This document shows positions 63,333 through 64,000 of a DNA stretch of 64,000 nt, one piece after another. The translations under genes were made by a program, and so were the position numbers. Source of the stretch: an uncultured virus (IMG/VR IMGVR_UViG_3300032132_000750) (Duplodnaviria; Heunggongvirae; Uroviricota; Caudoviricetes). The first letter of the stretch is position 1; the number at the start of each line of letters is the position of its first letter. The notes under the pieces are model-generated. The model was not told the DNA's origin and searched no databases. It saw only the letters and a list, made by a program, of their open reading frames with translations. The stretch lies in the IMG/VR virus record IMGVR_UViG_3300032132_000750; one strand, 5' to 3'.

Positions 63333-63812
63333 GTGGATAGGAGATTGCGAGAGGCTGAGCGTTTAGCTGTACAGGGAGATTTTACAGCTATTACCTTGCT
63401 TCGAGCAATGTACACAAAAACTGGCATCATCAGTAAAGCAATACACGTTAAATGCGCCTACAGCGGTCGCGGAGAAAAAGGATCTCTCCACGCTGTTGAT
63501 CCGTTTATGCCAGAAAATTATTCAAAACACCTATGTCATGGTCTCAACACAGTAGGAAATCCTTTTCTAGGCTTTCCTACCTGTAAACCTTGTATAAAGT
63601 TAGTTATTGCGGGACGGGTAGAGTTTCCAAACAAAAAAGCTACTATCAGGTTTCACGGAACAACGGGTCCTAAAATGCGGTTTAATGAGGAAACCCAAAA
63701 ATGGGGATGTCCTTGTAATGTCTGCGAAAATGTTCGTAAAACATGGAAACCTGCCATAGCTAAACTGCGCCTCACCTCAATGATGAGATTTCCGAGAGAG
63801 TGGAGAACGTAG
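63333..63812 (+). CDS. MDxxLRxLER-module protein
   Basis: MDRRLREAERLAVQGDFTAITLLRAMYTKTG; GGGGAG RBS. Confidence 0.72.
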   Translation: MDRRLREAERLAVQGDFTAITLLRAMYTKTGIISKAIHVKCAYSGRGEKGSLHAVDPFMPENYSKHLCHGLNTVGNPFLGFPTCKPCIKLVIAGRVEFPNKKATIRFHGTTGPKMRFNEETQKWGCPCNVCENVRKTWKPAIAKLRLTSMMRFPREWRT

Positions 63813-63915
63813 AGCGTTGAACATTGGGCTTAGTCTACCGAGATGCAGGTCTTGGTCTTCGTTCTTGCTTAGTGTGTTGCTAGGTGCTAAGCTCAATGTT
63901 CAACGTTCTGCGTTC
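63805..63915 (+). repeat. Heptad inverted-repeat element 4 (29-bp arms)
   Basis: GAACGTAGAGCGTTGAACATTGGGCTTAG / CTAAGCTCAATGTTCAACGTTCTGCGTTC; all 3 mismatches G:U; two interior hairpins. Confidence 0.85.
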
Positions 63916-64000
63916 GGGAGCCTTAATGAGTCGAACTAATAGCCCTTGTTCCAACTGTAATTACAGCGTTTATTCTGATGACGACCACGACTGTATTGTC

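Noticed and set aside
414..63915. Heptad elements as a CRISPR array or canonical integron attC sites
   Set aside because: Copies are dispersed and inverted rather than direct repeats with spacers; ends do not fit RYYYAAC/GTTRRRY; no cas or integrase gene seen
1..64000. Genome-wide stop-codon reassignment
   Set aside because: TAA, TAG and TGA all terminate well-formed genes, and conserved enzymes are intact in the standard code; only one in-frame TGA was found
1..64000. Diversity-generating retroelement, retron or group II intron
   Set aside because: No reverse transcriptase motifs and no TR/VR near-duplicate pair were seen in this window

Overview
The window reads as a 64-kb slice of a large (jumbo-type) bacterial virus genome. 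It has about 130 short, tightly packed, mostly + strand genes with frequent overlapping stop/start codons and standard genetic code, and no rRNA, CRISPR array, transposase, capsid or terminase could be recognised. Recognisable genes: AAA+ ATPase, DUF6088-like protein, metallophosphoesterase, Bax-inhibitor/YccA, NADAR, Pth2, LMW phosphatase, Prok-RING protein, 5'-3' exonuclease, FHA-Ser/Thr kinase, a short ThrRS, NRDE, SET-domain protein, ECF sigma factor, SAM methyltransferases, class II fumarase, two fibre-like proteins, tRNA-Glu and tRNA-Ser. The unexplained structure is more interesting. (1) Four (plus one partial) intergenic elements with 27-30 bp inverted arms built from TAGAACG-like heptads, whose mismatches are nearly all G:U. 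(2) A family of otherwise unrelated proteins sharing an RRPGYLG...WFG / [LF]G N-terminal tag. (3) A second family sharing an MDxxLRxLER helical N-terminal module. (4) A pervasive leaderless -10/6-nt/ATG promoter on these scattered, often antisense genes. (5) A methyltransferase split by an in-frame UGA that is directly followed by a SECIS-like hairpin. All family assignments come from motif recognition by eye; no searches were run.
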